DNA of 64,000 bases from Eledone cirrhosa (GCA_964016885.1 OZ024746.1:34534001-34598000); one strand, 5' to 3'. Counted from the first letter of the stretch, positions 35,919 through 49,888 are shown. Numbers and translations are program-made. Notes: generated from the sequence alone by a model not told the origin.

Positions 35919-38900
35919 TGGCGACCTACGTAGTAAATCGTATCATCGTGAGCTCCGCAAAGGTTTGTTATTTCCGTTTGTTAAAAATTGTCATTTATGG
36001 AAAATGTTATTGTTAACTGTTTATAAGCGCACATACATTGTTTTCCGAAAAGGACACCCAAAAAGATTGGGGCCTTGTGCCCAAAATTTAAACTTTTATT
36101 ATTATCAAAAAAATTTCTTTGAAAAAAATGGCTAATTCACCTCTGCACGAAGCAGCTGAAAGCCTTCCTCACAAAATAACACCTCACACCGACACCACCA
36201 TTGTAAATGTTACTACGTTTGCCAACACAAAAAAAAATATAAGCACTAGCAATATTTTAAATTTGTCTCAGGCAGACATTCATTTCCCGCCATTACCAAT
36301 GACTGCAGGTGTTAAAGCCTCCACCACCACCACCACCGCGACAACCACCACCACCACCACCACCACCGCGACAACAGAAACAAAAGAAGAAAAAAATAAA
36401 TTAACTCGTGATGTCAAAATAAAATCAAGCAAAATGGACTCTTCCCCACCAAAGACGACTGACGTCACCACCACCACAACTGAAACTAAAATTAATATTA
36501 ACACAAATAACGATAGCAACAACAACAACAATGACATTATAAAAACGCCCCTCAGTTAGAAAATGCCAGACAGATGGTAAAGAAAGTTGGGTACAGGGTC
36601 AGCCTCACCCCCCCCCCCCCACACCTAATAAAATGGAGCATCGGCGCCTATGCACCGTGTCGTATAGAACAATAAATGTAAAATCGCGCCGAGTGGAACG
36701 GGCATCCGAGTCCCATGGGACATGTGTGGGCAAGAAAAACCCACATCAAACGTGGGCAAAAGTATGGAACCGTGGACGTGTTCTTTGAAACACCAGAGGA
36801 GGCTAGAGAACACTCCATGGCCCCATTAAGAAGTGACGACTTCACACTCGTCCCAACCTATTGTGGCCAGAGACTCGTAAAGATCAGGGTGACCCACGTT
36901 CCACCGGCCATCGAAATTCCCTGGCTAATAGCGGCTGTCCTCGCCGGCATCGGAGCCAACACGAAAATAATAGCAATAGCAAAAGAAAAGCAGGAGAACT
37001 GGTCCGGATCTGAGATGGAGCTCCTGATCCAAGCGGACCAAAAAAGCATTGAGGAGATCCCAGAGGTAATAGACCTCACTGACGGCAGCCACCTCACGGT
37101 AATTGTCGAGGGCAGAAGACATAGGTGTGTCGTTTGTGGTGAAGGAACCCACCTAAGGGCTTTCTTCCCTCAGGCTAAAAGGTTGAAGCCACTTCTCCTA
37201 CCCACCCCAGTGACACAACCATCAACACCACCAGTAGCAGAAATGGCAGCAACAACTGTAGCAGCAACAAGAGAAGCAACTATAACAGCAACAACGCCGG
37301 CAACAGTAGCAAAACCACCACCACCACCACCACCAGCAAAACCAACACCACCACCAACCAACGCTTCAGAACTAGCACCAGCGCCTACACCATCCACCAC
37401 GCCACAACCAAAACTAACGGCTGTGGAGGATTTTCCACTCCCCGGCCTATCACAACTGGAGATAGATTGTGACGACGAGGAGTGGGAAACGATATCCGGA
37501 AAAAAAAAAGAAACCAAAAAAGAAAAAATTCTCTTCCTTCCCCCTCCAAAAACAAAATAGAGGGAAACAAATAAATTAAGAAACAAAAAAGTTAGGACAG
37601 ATATGCCACTATCCACACCAGCATCACCAACCCCATCAACCCAAACACCAACACCACCACCATCATTAACCCCAACACCACCATCACCTACACCACAAAA
37701 GTCACCAAAATGTGAAACAGAAACAACCCACAACAAACGCAAACAAAACAAAACAACCAAAACGATACACACTACACAGCATTAAATTTGAACAACAAGC
37801 AATTATTACACTACATCCAACACAACACCAGCATCACAGAAAAAGACTACACAACAACCCCAAAATTCACACCACCTCCACACATACAAATCACTCGCAT
37901 CACACAGAAAACGTACATGACACTAAAACAAAAATTCTCCAAAGACATCGGAGACTTCCGACAAGCACTCTCCAGGAGGATTTATAAGGACATCCTTCCT
38001 GAGGAGGCCACAAGCAGTGAAAAGGATGGAAAACCCGTCCTTCCCCTACGAGAAGTAAGGTAAGTGGTCTTTCCCCATCTTTTCCACTCCTTTTCAACAT
38101 GACCTCACTCAGAATAGGCAGCATAAATGCGCGTGGCTTGGGGTCGTCATGGAAGCAGGGCCACCTGCTCAACGACCTCAGGTCACTAAACATAGATGTA
38201 GTGGCCATCAGCGAGACCAGAATCTCCGAAGCACAGTCTTTCGCACCGATCTTCGGCGGCTACGATGTGTACGCATCTCCCAGCAGTCCGGGATCGGGGG
38301 GAGGAGTTGCTGTGCTTTTTCGGAGAGGTTTGGATCTTGCCATACGGGCCATCTTCCTGGACCCAGAAGGTAAGTTGGTGGTGCTGGACGTGCCAAGCTT
38401 TCAGGTTAGTGGCCGTCTATGCCCCGACAGGAGCAGGGCGGCCTGATTTCTTCCGGCGTCTGGAGACCTTTCTTGGAACGTCCCGCTCTTTAGTGTTAGT
38501 GGGCGACTGGAACGGGATCTTAGATGCACGCTGGGATTGTGTGGGATTAGTGGATAGGGAAGGTGGGTGCAAGAGTCTCACCAACCTGCTCAGACGTTTT
38601 GAACTGTCTGACAGGTACCGAATGGATTTCCCAAATGTACCAATGTGAACTTGGACAAATCGCATAGGGTCATCCAGATCATATCTAGATAGAGTATTTT
38701 GTAGGGAAATAGATAGGTCTAGCATAGGCTGTCCACAATTCAAGATAGTCAGCTACACGGACCACAAATTCGTGATTTGTGTGCTTGACTTAGATAGGCT
38801 TCATAGATGAGGACCCGGCTACTGGAAGCTAAACGCGTCCTTACCAGCGCGCAAGGCCTACAGAGACCGGATTAGCGAACTAGTTAAGCGGGCGTTGACG

Positions 38901-41755
38901 GGGGCCATCGTCAACAACAAGTGGTGGTTTGCTCTGAAAAGAGCAATTAGAATAGAGTCCATTAGGTTTAGTAAGACTTTAGCAATAGAGAAAAATAGAG
39001 CAGAGGGAGAATTAGTTAGAAAATTAGATGAGGCGCTTAGCAAAGGCATCGCGACCGACGTACTTGCGGCGAAATTGGCCCTTGACCAATTCTTCAATGC
39101 AAAGCACGAAGGCTGCGTTGTCAGAGCTAGGGTGCGTGCTCTCAGACACGAGGGGACGAAAGCCGCTCAATGGGCCCGAGTGGCGGAGGCGCGTCGTGGC
39201 AACAAAGCCACGATCCGGTCTTTGGTGGACCACGACGGGCGCATGCTACTCGATCCCGGGCAAATGTGTGAAGCTTTTCAGCGACACTTCGCTCAACTGT
39301 TCGGGGGCAGTGGCGGGCCGGATCGAGGGATGGACTTTAGTGTCTACCTCTACGGACTGCCACGGCTTTCGGCCACTGAGGCGGAGTGTTGCGAAAAGGC
39401 TATAACAACCGCTGAAGTACGGGATGCAATGACTAGTTGTACAAGGGGTAAATCGCCTGGTTTAGATGGTCTGCCCTATGAACTTTACGTACAAATGCCA
39501 AACTTGTTCGGAGGCCTCTTGGCGGACGTCTACTGCAACTGGCAACAGAACGGGAGAATTCCCAGCTCTGTGAGCCGAGGAGCGGTGGCGCTGCTGAGAA
39601 AGGATCCGAACAAGGGGGATAACGTAGATAAGTTTAGGCCCATAACTCTGCTAAACACAGAGTTCAAGATTTTGGCCAAGGTGCTAGCAAAGAGGTTGGC
39701 GCTTGTCGTTGGTGGTCTGGTGGGAGAGGCACAGACATGCGCCATTCCCGACAGATCCATTCACGACAACCTCCACCTCATGCGATACATCGTAGAGAGG
39801 GTAGCTAGGGAACCTGGCACGGGTGGGTCTTTGATCAATTTAGATCAGTCGAAAGCCTTCGATAGGGTCGACCATCGTTACCTAGCGGCAGTCCTGAGGG
39901 CGGCTGGCTTTGGGCCCGTCTTCAGAGGCTGGATCGCTACCATGCACAGCGACATCTGCTCTGTAGTGAGAGTGAACGGTCACCTTTCGGAACCGTTCAA
40001 CATCATGCGCTCGGTCCGCCAAGGATGTCCCCTCTCGTCCCTATTGTACGTATTGACTCTCGAGCCATTACTGCACAAACTGGAGACGTTGAGGGGGGTC
40101 CCGCGCGAACTAGGATGCGGAAGATCCGTGTCAGCATATGCCGACGATGTCACCGTAGTGGTGTCGAACGCCAAACATATCGAGGCGATCGGCACTATAC
40201 TAAGAAAATACGACGCGGTGACAGGAGCAATGATGAACCAGGAAAAGTCAGTGGGCCTGCAGCTCGGCACCTGGAGAGGCAGGTCCATGCCGTCCAACAG
40301 CGTCGTCGGGCGCTGGATGGACGGACCGGTTAAATTGCTAGGGGTCTGGTTCGGTCCAGACCTCCAGACGGACAAAAACTGGGACGAGGTGACGAGCAGG
40401 GTGGCTTCTCTCACCCAGAAATGGGCCGAGAGGAAGCTATCCCTGAAAGGTCGAGCAGAGGTGGCTAACGCGTACATCGCGTCCGTCATCTACTACCGCC
40501 TGACCGTCGTACCTTGTCCTAAGCCTCACTTGACTGCGCTGGAGCGTTTGCTCTTTCGCTTCTTGTGGAAGGGACGCGCTCCGATGGTCAGGCGGTCCAT
40601 CTGCTGTCAACACCCGCTACGTGGAGGGCTAGGCATGCCGTGGCTGATGATGCGCAGACACGCGCTCAGGCTACGACATCTCCACCTCTTCCTCGACGGT
40701 GAACAGGTGTAGTCGCCGTTTGCTAGACACGTTTTTCCCCAGCTGGTCTCCTTGACGGAGCTGCAGTCCTGGGTCCAGCGAAGACCGAGAGGGAGCGCTT
40801 GGAGACTGGAATGTCTTCAGGCGCTCACAGCCCTCGACCAATCGGGAAATGTGATCGGTGGAAACTCCACCTTGGCGTTCTATAGGGGATTAGTGGAGGG
40901 GAAGAGCGACGACGTACTTGGAGAAACTCTAGACGTCGACGAAAATCAACTAGCCAATCTCTTCGGAAGGACTTTCGGGCCGGGGCCTATGGACAACTTC
41001 CAGAAATCCCTGGCCTGGCAGTGCTACCGGGGTGCTTTGCCAGTTCGGGATAAACTTTACAGGCATGGAGGTGCCGTCAGCCGGGCATGTCCGAGATGCG
41101 CACAGGGCGACGAAACCGTCCTGCACGCACTCGTCCAGTGTCCGAGCATTGCTGACCTGTGGATTTATGTCGAACACCTTCTGTCACGTGTAGGACGGAT
41201 CGAGCTATCAGCTGAGTCCATCGTGAGGATTGCCCCGCCCTCTTCCTTTAGCCAGGAAGGGCAGGCAGTTTTTATCTGCCTGGTGGCCATGGCGAAAGAG
41301 ATAGTATGGTGGACACGTTTGAAAGGGCTGAAGACGAGCACTTACCTCTTCGGTGATGCCCTGATTAACTTTTTCAAATTTCATCTGAAAAGGAAAATCA
41401 GGGTAGAGGGGGAAGTGCTCTCTTCCCAGCATTTTGTTGAAAGATGGGTGAGAGAAGCAAGTATGGCCCGAATAAATGGGCCTTCTCTGAGTATGTGTCT
41501 GTAAATTAAAGGTGGAAAACTGGGAGAGGGCACTTGCCCTGGTGGTCAGGGCCACTGTGGTCTTTTAATGGGCTTTCTCCACAAATGTCCCTCGGAAGTC
41601 TCCCCCCCCCCCCCCTTATTGGGGAATGTTTCTTTGTTATTTTATTTCATCCTCTGTTTTTTTACACGCAGAAATGCCCATTTGTACCGTCCTGTATTGT
41701 CCTGTACTGTCTTTAATGTCTACTTTATGTAAACCCTTGTGGTTAATAAAGAAAA

Positions 41756-41756
<1 letters not shown>
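35919..41756 (+). mobile_element. Full-length but decayed L1/Tx1-like LINE inserted in (TTA)n
   Basis: 5' UTR follows (ATT)n. ORF1 runs from 36129 to 38063 (frameshifted); ORF2 runs 38099-41504 with frameshift and stops. AATAAA is followed by (TTA)n. Confidence 0.93.
38099..41504 (+). pseudogene. LINE ORF2 (APE + RT + zinc finger) with frameshift near 38395 and stops near 38648, 38810 and 40712
   Basis: Highly similar to the 1153-aa ORF throughout. Confidence 0.93.
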
Positions 41757-41800
<44 letters not shown>

Positions 41801-41806
41801 CATTAT

Positions 41807-41988
41807 TCTTTGAGTCTTAGTCATTGATGTTATTTAACTGGAGAGTTTGTTGAAATGAATATCAAGCCGCTACCTGCAGTGTCAGATATTCAGGACGTTT
41901 CGGAGAGTTCTTGCGGTTCCCAGCAACCATGCCTTTTGAAGTGTTCCAAAAAGCGGGGCTGGACTAATTTTCTTTAACCGTCCTTGGT
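41807..41988 (-). mobile_element. 3' end of an R4/Dong-type non-LTR retrotransposon
   Basis: The minus strand encodes LQKAWLLGTARTLRNVLNI*, the typical R4/Dong C-terminus. It is embedded in (TAA)n, the known Dong target. Confidence 0.75.
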
Positions 41989-42035
41989 TATTATTATTAT
42001 TATTATTATTATTATATTATTATTATTATTATTAT

Positions 42036-42104
<69 letters not shown>

Positions 42105-42171
42105 CAGTAGTAGTAGTAGTAGTAGTAACAGCAGCAGTAGTAGCAGTGTTAGTAGTAGTAGCATCATCATC

Positions 42172-42217
<46 letters not shown>

Positions 42218-42242
42218 ACAGTAGCAACAGCAGCAGCAGCAG
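41989..42242. repeat. Compound (TTA)n/(AGT)n/(AGC)n microsatellite
   Basis: Seen directly. Confidence 0.97.
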
Positions 42243-42544
42243 TGCGCAAACAGAATCTGCAGTCGCATTTGTTGTAGTAATTTTGTGGTTGTTATAATGG
42301 ACATAGAATTTGCGTTCGTTATTATTTAGACGTCATTGTATCAGCAGTAGTGTTTGTTATTATATTTGACGTAGTATTATTTAATCATATGTATTATGAC
42401 ATGTGATGAGAATTTTGAAAAAATCGTCTTCGTCTAGTATTTGACATAATAGTTGTATTTTGAAATTTGTTATTGATATGAGTATTATATATCATATCCT
42501 GTTCATAGAATGGTGGGTTTCATTCCGATAAATCATATTTAATT

Positions 42545-42733
42545 AATTGTTTCTACGTTAGGCACAAGGCCAACAAGTATTCAGTGTATTACTGGTACTT
42601 TATTTGATCGACCCCGTAAGGATGAAAGGCAAAGTTAACCTCGGCGGGATTTGAACTCAGAATGGCAAGGGCCGTAACTGTATGCGCCAAAGCATGGCAT
42701 CCGACACTCTACCAATATTGCCAATCCACCGCC
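42545..42733 (-). mobile_element. tRNA-derived SINE with a central domain resembling the Meta/Sauria-type core
   Basis: Minus strand: A-box-like TGGCAATATTGG, B box GAGTTCAAATCCC, then GCCTTTCATCCTTACGGGGTCGATC...AGTACCAG. At least four copies in the window. Confidence 0.85.
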
Positions 42734-42818
42734 TACATCATATTTAATTAATATTGTTCGTACATTCATGCGTAATTATTTTTAAGAATACCTATGTGTG
42801 TGAATATATATATATATG

Positions 42819-42897
<79 letters not shown>

Positions 42898-42992
42898 ATA
42901 TATAATGGAAAATTTGAACAGGAACAAACGAGAGAGGCAGTACAACGAATGTTTATTAATTTCACGCTCTGGAGAGTGGGGTGTTGGTGGGG

Positions 42993-43026
42993 AACGACGT
43001 TTCGGGCATAAGCCCGTCCTCAGGTG
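42993..43026 (-). ncRNA. Minimal HHR at the end of a GT-rich, probably PLE-derived segment (about 42905-44215)
   Basis: CAC / CTGAGGA + extra C / GGGC-ttat-GCCC / GAAA / palindromic ACGT / GTC / GTT. Stem I is weak. Confidence 0.65.
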
Positions 43027-43330
43027 AGAAGTGTGTGGGAACAGAGTTCAAAGGGTGTGAAGGGGAGTGGTGGAGAGACATATAGCGAAAGGAAACGGTG
43101 CGAATGGAATTAAAAATAAAAATAAAAATAAAAATAAAGCATGATCAAAATACGAGGAATGAAATAAATTTAAATATAAAAGCATGATCAAAATAAACTG
43201 AAATTAAAAGGGGGGTAAAACAGGTGGTGGAAGGGTGTGGGGTGTGTAGGGGCGGTGGCGGGTGGAGTGGGGAGAGGGATACGGGGTGTCCGAGCGGGGA
43301 GGGCTGAAGGTGGTGTGTGTGTGTAGGTGT

Positions 43331-43367
<37 letters not shown>

Positions 43368-44215
43368 TAAGGTTTGGGGGAAGAACGGGGTTGCATGTTC
43401 AGGAAGAGTTGTTGGGGGGGGGGGGGGGGTTGTAGGTCGGAGTAACTGTGCGTGTGTGGATAGAGGGGGGGAGAGGAATCAGGAGGCTGACGGTGTAAAT
43501 ATGTGGTGGAAAGCACGTGTGTGTGGGGTTTAAGTGTGTTGTGGGTGTAGGTGGTGTGTGTAGAAGAAAAAATGTTTGGGGTGTGCATGTGGGTGATTTA
43601 TATAGGTGATTACGTAAGAGGATGGTTGAAAAGTTGGTAAAATCCGATGATGTTTAGTGGATTATGTGCTGGTCAAGTTCTCCGTACGAGTATTCCATGA
43701 AGCGATGGTCGGAAGAGGAGAGATGTGGGGTGCGAGCGCAACAGGAAGTCGTCAAGCAGTGGGAGTGCTGTGTGTCTGTTTGTGCTGGGAGGTGGTCAGA
43801 GTGCATAGCAGCAGTCGGTGGAATGGTAAAGGGGCGAGGATGGGTTGGTGTGAAAGTTGGAGTGAGGAGGGTGTGTGTGTGTGTATTAGTAGAGGTGTTA
43901 TTGGGATAAGTGAGTGTGGAGCGAGGGTGTGGGTGGAGCGGGGAGAGAAGGGTGTGTAGTTCTATGGAGGGAGTGTGGTGTACTGGTGTGTGTGTAGTTT
44001 GAAGGGGTGTTAGTGGGTGTTAGTATACGGGAGGTGGGGAGGGGTTGAATGCAGGTGTGAGTGGGGGTTAGTGGTGGTAGGGTGTGTAGAGTTGGTGGTG
44101 TACGAGGGTGTGTGGTTACGTGTGCGTGGGGTTGGGGGTGTTAGTGATGTTAGTTGCGTGTGGGGTGGGTGGTGTAAGTGGGTGCGTGTGTTCGTGTGCT
44201 TGGGGTCAGCGGATG

Positions 44216-44284
<69 letters not shown>

Positions 44285-45249
44285 CATAGGGCTTCCTTTT
44301 CCGTGGCCATCAAAAAAGAAAATTTTATAATAAATCCCTTGTTAACACAAAACACTTGTTAACCATATGTAAAATGGGATCTTTAGCATTACTTGTTTTG
44401 TTCGTGTTTTAGCCGTATTTTTCTCCTTGGATCTTCTAATCCGCTCAGTATTGTATAGATTTCTTTTTCATTAATCCGTTCTACAACAATCACCATGTTC
44501 TGTGGTAATATACGTTCATCTTACGATCGTACTTGAAAAATAAAGATATTGATATTATTTTGCAAAGAATGTATGCAAACTCCGAGGTAAAGCCCAGTTA
44601 TAGGTGTTTAAAAGCGTGGGGATAAGTTATTGCCGTGCAAAACTGTAAAGCAGCAACTAATTCTATCCGGTAGCATCTGGTCTCCTCCACTGGTTCCCGC
44701 TCCTTTGCTGTTCTTACAACAACGTTTTAATTACCAATAGCAATGGTTTGGTCCGCTTTAGGTCCTCTTTGGCGTCTCGAACTACGTAACATTTGTATAT
44801 CTGTACCACGCCTCCCAGGAAAGGCCGCAGACCTAGCACCATATCTTGCAGCGTTGGAATGTATTATATATAGACGAACATGTCCCTCTGCATAAAGCCT
44901 GACCGCATCCTTTTTATCCCACAAAAGGACGATGTGGTATGGATGAATTTACTGTTTTTTATCTAGCCATATTGCAGTGTTTTGGTGGTTTTAATCGCCT
45001 TCTGTTAGCTGGGAAAGGCAGGCTTTTTGTAAAAATGTTGATGAATGTAGCGAATATGACCGCTGTGAATGGCCCTACTATGACCATGCGGCTGTATCCA
45101 GGCTGATGTGGAAAGGAGGGGGCATCCTCATCGGGTTCTCTTGGAGCGTCGGGTGTTTTATGATTTGTGGGGTCCCGATTTGGACCTATTTAGTCCTCCC
45201 CAATATCGGAATTTTATTGTTAGTGTATATTTTTTTCTTTTCGTGCTTG

Positions 45250-45353
45250 CGAGGGCACGTGGCCTAGTGGTAATGTTGTTCCTCTTACGATCGCAATGTT
45301 GTGGGTTCGATTCCTGGGCGTCGCTGCGTTTTGTGTTCTTGAACAAAACACTT
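45250..45353 (+). mobile_element. tRNA-headed CORE-like SINE fragment
   Basis: A box TGGCCTAGTGG, B box GGTTCGATTCC, then GTGTTCTTGAACAAAACACTT resembling the CORE start. Confidence 0.7.
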
Positions 45354-45765
45354 TTTGTATAAGATACGATTTCCTTGTAAATCCTTACTGTCTCTCTCTA
45401 TTGTATTGTTCAAATTATGACGGCCTTGGCTCTTGTAGCCACTGAAGAAATTATTATCATAAATATAATTAACAGTAGTAGCAGTAGTACTAAATTATTA
45501 CATTTATTTTACAGGCGCAACTACTGCAACATAATGCAATTGTAGAAAAATTGTTAATTTTACTGTATTACAAATTTTACTGTAATAGAATTTTTAGAGG
45601 GTAATGAAAATTAAGACAATAATGCAACATTACTCAATAATCCCTGTCCGCATCTATTACCACCAAATGATTTTCCAAATTAGAAGTCATAATTGTTGTA
45701 GACTGTTGACACCTCCTACTTTCAATTATTTTTCCATAATTTGGACGAATTTCTTTTTTTTTCAG

Positions 45766-46356
45766 GCGAAATTGAATTGCATTTGCAAAAAATCCAAGAG
45801 CTGCATGAAATAATTTGTTATCCAGGTATATGAGAATCCGATTTCAATATTAATTTGCGTTTGTAAATCTTGTCCTAAAAGTAATATATAAAGAATATAA
45901 CATCATTAAGTATATATGTTATTTTAGATAATCGTGGGTCAACTTAAAAACACAGAATCTTTAAAAGTCGGATTCATGGATAATTCTCTGCTGGTGAAAT
46001 GTCCACTGTCATTACAATTTAGGATGTTTTAGAATGCAGTGCTTCTCTTCCCAGTGCATTATTAGCCTCCATAGGAAAGAACTATTGGGGATTAAAACAG
46101 AATTGATACTGCCCAAAACTACACCGTTACAAGTCACATATTTTGGACACGATGCACAGGGAAACAAAACGAAAAGTATTATTTTATGTACTTGAAACAT
46201 GCAACACAAAAATTGCAATATGAACTTTTGTTTTACATTTAAGTTGCTGAGATTCCTGAACTGAAATCGAATGTGCCCTCATCAGAAACAATTATGATTT
46301 CTGGAAATCACTCGCTTTGCAATCGTTTACCTATATTTCAAACAATGAATAAATAA
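45766..46356 (+). CDS. Candidate last three exons of an unidentified host gene (45766-45825, 46023-46175, 46244-46356)
   Basis: AG/GT boundaries, all phase 1, joining into one open frame EIELHLQKIQELHEIICYP-GCFRMQCF...GNKTK-IAEIPELK...TMNK*. Confidence 0.4.
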
Positions 46357-46494
46357 ATATTCCTAGCTGAAGCAAGAATAGTCTGACGCTGTATTAAAGA
46401 AGTGTCGAATAAAGGAACTATGTAATCAGGAGGAGATAAGGTGAGCTAAGTGGGAGGAAATAAATATTTAGAAGACCTTTTGTTACATTAATAA

Positions 46495-47246
46495 CACTGA
46501 TCAACAATTTTCTTTCTCTGCTGACCAAAATTTGAGATCTGTTCTTGAGTAATTTGGGACAGTATTGTTTTCTAGCACGTCAGTCCTAAGTCAAAAATGA
46601 ACATTACTTGATTTACTTTAAGATTAAATTTGGTGCTCGGGATAAATCGTGGGCCCAGCACAATGTATGTTCTCCATGAGTCGAAAATCTATGCCAATGG
46701 ACAAAGGGCACAAGGAAACAACTAGCATTTGGCATGCTTCAGGTATGGCGGTAGCCAAAGAACCAAGCAGAATATTGCTACATTTGTCTCACAAAGACTT
46801 CTGGTTATAGCACGAAACCTCGACAGAGCACAAGTTATAAAGATGATAGAGGAGAGATATGAAGGTAAATTGAACACATTCATGAAGTCACACTACTGTT
46901 GGAGTATTCAAAGAGGTTATGTAGACACGAAACACTCCAGTCTCTCTAGTATTCCATGCATAAGTTGGTTAGTGTAAGATTGTTAGTGCTTTAACCATTT
47001 TATTTCAGAATTAAAAATATGTATTAACGAAATGAGATGTTATCATATCAGATTATATTGACATAACTTATGGTGTCAAGCTTTAAGACTTAGTAACACA
47101 TCCTAAGTAAATTATATTATCCGTACAGTGCATAATAAAATACGTTCATGTCAGGGCGAAATGGATACCATGTATGAAATCGACACTACAAAATTAGCTA
47201 AAAACAACAGCAGAGCCTTAGTCACCAAAAAGCGTGCTGACCAGGG
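46495..47246 (+). mobile_element. Internally deleted DNA transposon relic, Chapaev3-like
   Basis: Imperfect termini CACTGATCAACA...TGCTGACCAGGG. Peptide remnants DKSWAQH and IEERYEGK..MKSHYCWSIQR resemble the DKSWAPH and ERRYQG..MADYCW motifs recalled for that transposase. Confidence 0.6.
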
Positions 47247-48170
47247 TAATCTACGAAAGACATGCTACATTAGAATACGATGGATATATGTGAATGTGTA
47301 TTTGTAGTACATGTATCTATAAGTGTGTGTTTTTAAAATGCGGCGAGGAAATGAAAGCATATGTAATGTAATGTGTAGATAGTAGTACACACACACACAC
47401 ATACTCACACACACACATGAACACATACACACACGCACATATACGCACACACGCACTCATACACACACATATATGTACAAACATACATATGCCACCAAGC
47501 TGCAAAATCACACATATATGCGTATGTATAATAAGGTGTGAATAGCATTTCCATACACGGCGTCATCACTTAACAATTGTGAGCAAAGTTAACACACAGT
47601 CTCACATAATATAATATCTTTAACTTATCACGCTACAACAGAAGTTAAGTTACCGTTTCATATAAGCAGCCAGCCAAAAATTTAACAAGGTGTAATTTAC
47701 GTGGTTATCACTGACAACTCACACTACAGTATGAGGTTTGCATTTTATTTCACTTTGACACCAATAACGACATGTTTCCTGACGTCATGTGTGAGTGTTT
47801 TCACGCTCTAATCTTTCCAAATCTGAATATCGTGGCTGCCATAACAGCAGAGAATATAATTACTATGCACTGTCGATATACAACGAAACCATTATTATTG
47901 TGAGATTTGTTTAGTCAAAGTGTCTATCACAATTCGCCTCAAGGATTTTTCTCTCTTTATTCAACTTCATATATATGTATATATATACACCCCCCCCCCA
48001 CTCATATATATATCTATATATATAAAAGAAATATGATTTCGCTTCAAGCATAGCTTTATACAATATGTATAAATATTTCGTATCTCCAATGAAATACGGT
48101 TTTAGGAAGCCGTAGCTATGCAAACAACGTTAACGCCGTCTGGTGATGTCCAGTAGAAGCAAGGGGGACA

Positions 48171-48214
48171 ACCGTCTATGCATTTCAGACTTAACTGGCC
48201 TTCGTCAGGACGGT
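48171..48214 (-). ncRNA. Minimal type I HHR
   Basis: Stem I ACCGTC/GACGGT, core CTGACGA, stem II AGGC-cagttaa-GTCT, GAAA, palindromic ATGCAT, ATA triplet. Confidence 0.88.
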
Positions 48215-48493
48215 CCCTCCCACCGGTTGCGACTGCTGGACTAGAAGACAGCCGAGCATATATACATTTCTCGTCTGTGTAAATGAGGTGATTAATCTCA
48301 TTTGCATATGAAGCTGCATAAGTTGGCTCAACTTATAATAAAAAAGAAATAGGATTTCGCTTCAAGCATAGCTTTATACAATATGTATAGATATTTCGTA
48401 TATCCAAGGAAATACGGCTTTAGGAAGCCGTAACTATGCAGACACCGGGGGGCTATCGCCCTCTGGTGATGTCCAGCAGAACCAAGGAGGACA

Positions 48494-48537
48494 ACCGTCT
48501 ATGCATTTTAGGCTTAACTGGCCTTCGTCAGGACGGT
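48494..48537 (-). ncRNA. HHR, second unit; GAAA changed to AAAA (probably inactive)
   Basis: Same as 48171-48214 but with a G12A change. Confidence 0.75.
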
Positions 48538-48934
48538 CCCTCCCACCGCTTACGACAGCTGGACTAGAAGACAGGCGAGACAAAATACTATTCTCGTCTG
48601 TGTAAATGAGGAGATTAATCTCATTTGCACATGAAGCTGCATAAGTTGGCTCAACTTATAATAAAAAAGAAATAGAATTTCGCTTCAAACATAGCTTATA
48701 CAATATGTATAAATATTTCGTATCTCCAAGGAAATCCGGTTTTAGGAAGCCGTAAATATGCAAACACCGGGGGGCTAATATATATACGAAGATAGATGAA
48801 CGAAAGGAGAGAAAGAAACGGAAAACTTTTTATGGAAACTGCCTGTATGTGAATCAGCCATTTTAGGAAGCCCTCCCGCTACATTCTCTTTTTGTTGTCA
48901 GCTAATGCATGTGGGATGCTTTTTCTACTATAGT

Positions 48935-49134
48935 NNNNNNNNNNNNNNNNNNNNNNNNNNNNNNNNNNNNNNNNNNNNNNNNNNNNNNNNNNNNNNNNNN
49001 NNNNNNNNNNNNNNNNNNNNNNNNNNNNNNNNNNNNNNNNNNNNNNNNNNNNNNNNNNNNNNNNNNNNNNNNNNNNNNNNNNNNNNNNNNNNNNNNNNNN
49101 NNNNNNNNNNNNNNNNNNNNNNNNNNNNNNNNNN
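48935..49134. other. Assembly gap (200 N)
   Basis: Seen directly. Confidence 1.
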
Positions 49135-49629
49135 ATTGCTAACAGATTCTTCAAATAATTAGATGGTTTCTCTATCATTTTATTAAAAATTATGATTATT
49201 GATTATAAGAGATGTTTGTGACTTAATATCCTTGTACGACATAACATTCCAATTGAGCCGCCAGTCAACATTTTACCGATCAACTAATCGATAATTTGCA
49301 AAACATAATGACACCGTAGTCATCCAGTTTTGACAACAGGCAATCAAAATTCCCGGCTACACGACGTTATATCTGGTCAATAAAAGTAAAGACATCAATT
49401 ACATCCAGCCGCTAAAATTCTTGAGAATAATATGGAGATTTTAATGCACAAAATATTAGTAAATAATGGCTCAGGGCAAAACATATGCACGAATGAGATT
49501 CATTAATTTCCCAAGCGCTTGGCAACTTACGGGATTTTCTCACCAAAGATGCTATTTATTAATTGTCATCAAATACGTCATATTATAGTTGTTATAGGGT
49601 ACAAAATAAATATTCTATACAACACAACA

Positions 49630-49810
49630 TGAGACCAGGATCACTACCGTCTATAATTCCTCCAACTACGCCGCCGAAACAGCTACCAAGTTTAACGAAA
49701 ATTAATAATTATAAACCTCCTTTCAAAATGAAAGTTTAAAATATTTGGTGACATGCATAGCTTTCCGAGTGATATTAGTCCTATTAAGGGTCGACTTGTC
49801 AATCTTCTGG
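49630..49810. repeat. Unclassified interspersed repeat; diverged second copy at about 54585-54760
   Basis: Shared GCCGA.ACAGCTAC, GAAAATTAATAATTATAAAC and CTTTCAAAAT blocks. Confidence 0.7.
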
Positions 49811-49888
49811 CTATTTAGTAACAGCCTTATTAATCCTATGTGTGTTTAACTGTTGAAGTAATATAATTTGATTATTTTAACAAAAAAA

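Larger units (their letters stand above)
48022..48778 (-). repeat. Diverged tandem array of about 2.3 units of about 320 bp, each full unit with an HHR (second retrozyme-like family)
   Basis: ATTTCGCTTCAA.CATAGC recurs near 48036, 48354 and 48677. Confidence 0.9.

Noticed and set aside
45250-45320. tRNA gene
   Set aside because: A and B boxes are present but there is no convincing cloverleaf, and it continues into a SINE core. The same lack of cloverleaf applies near 54420-54480.
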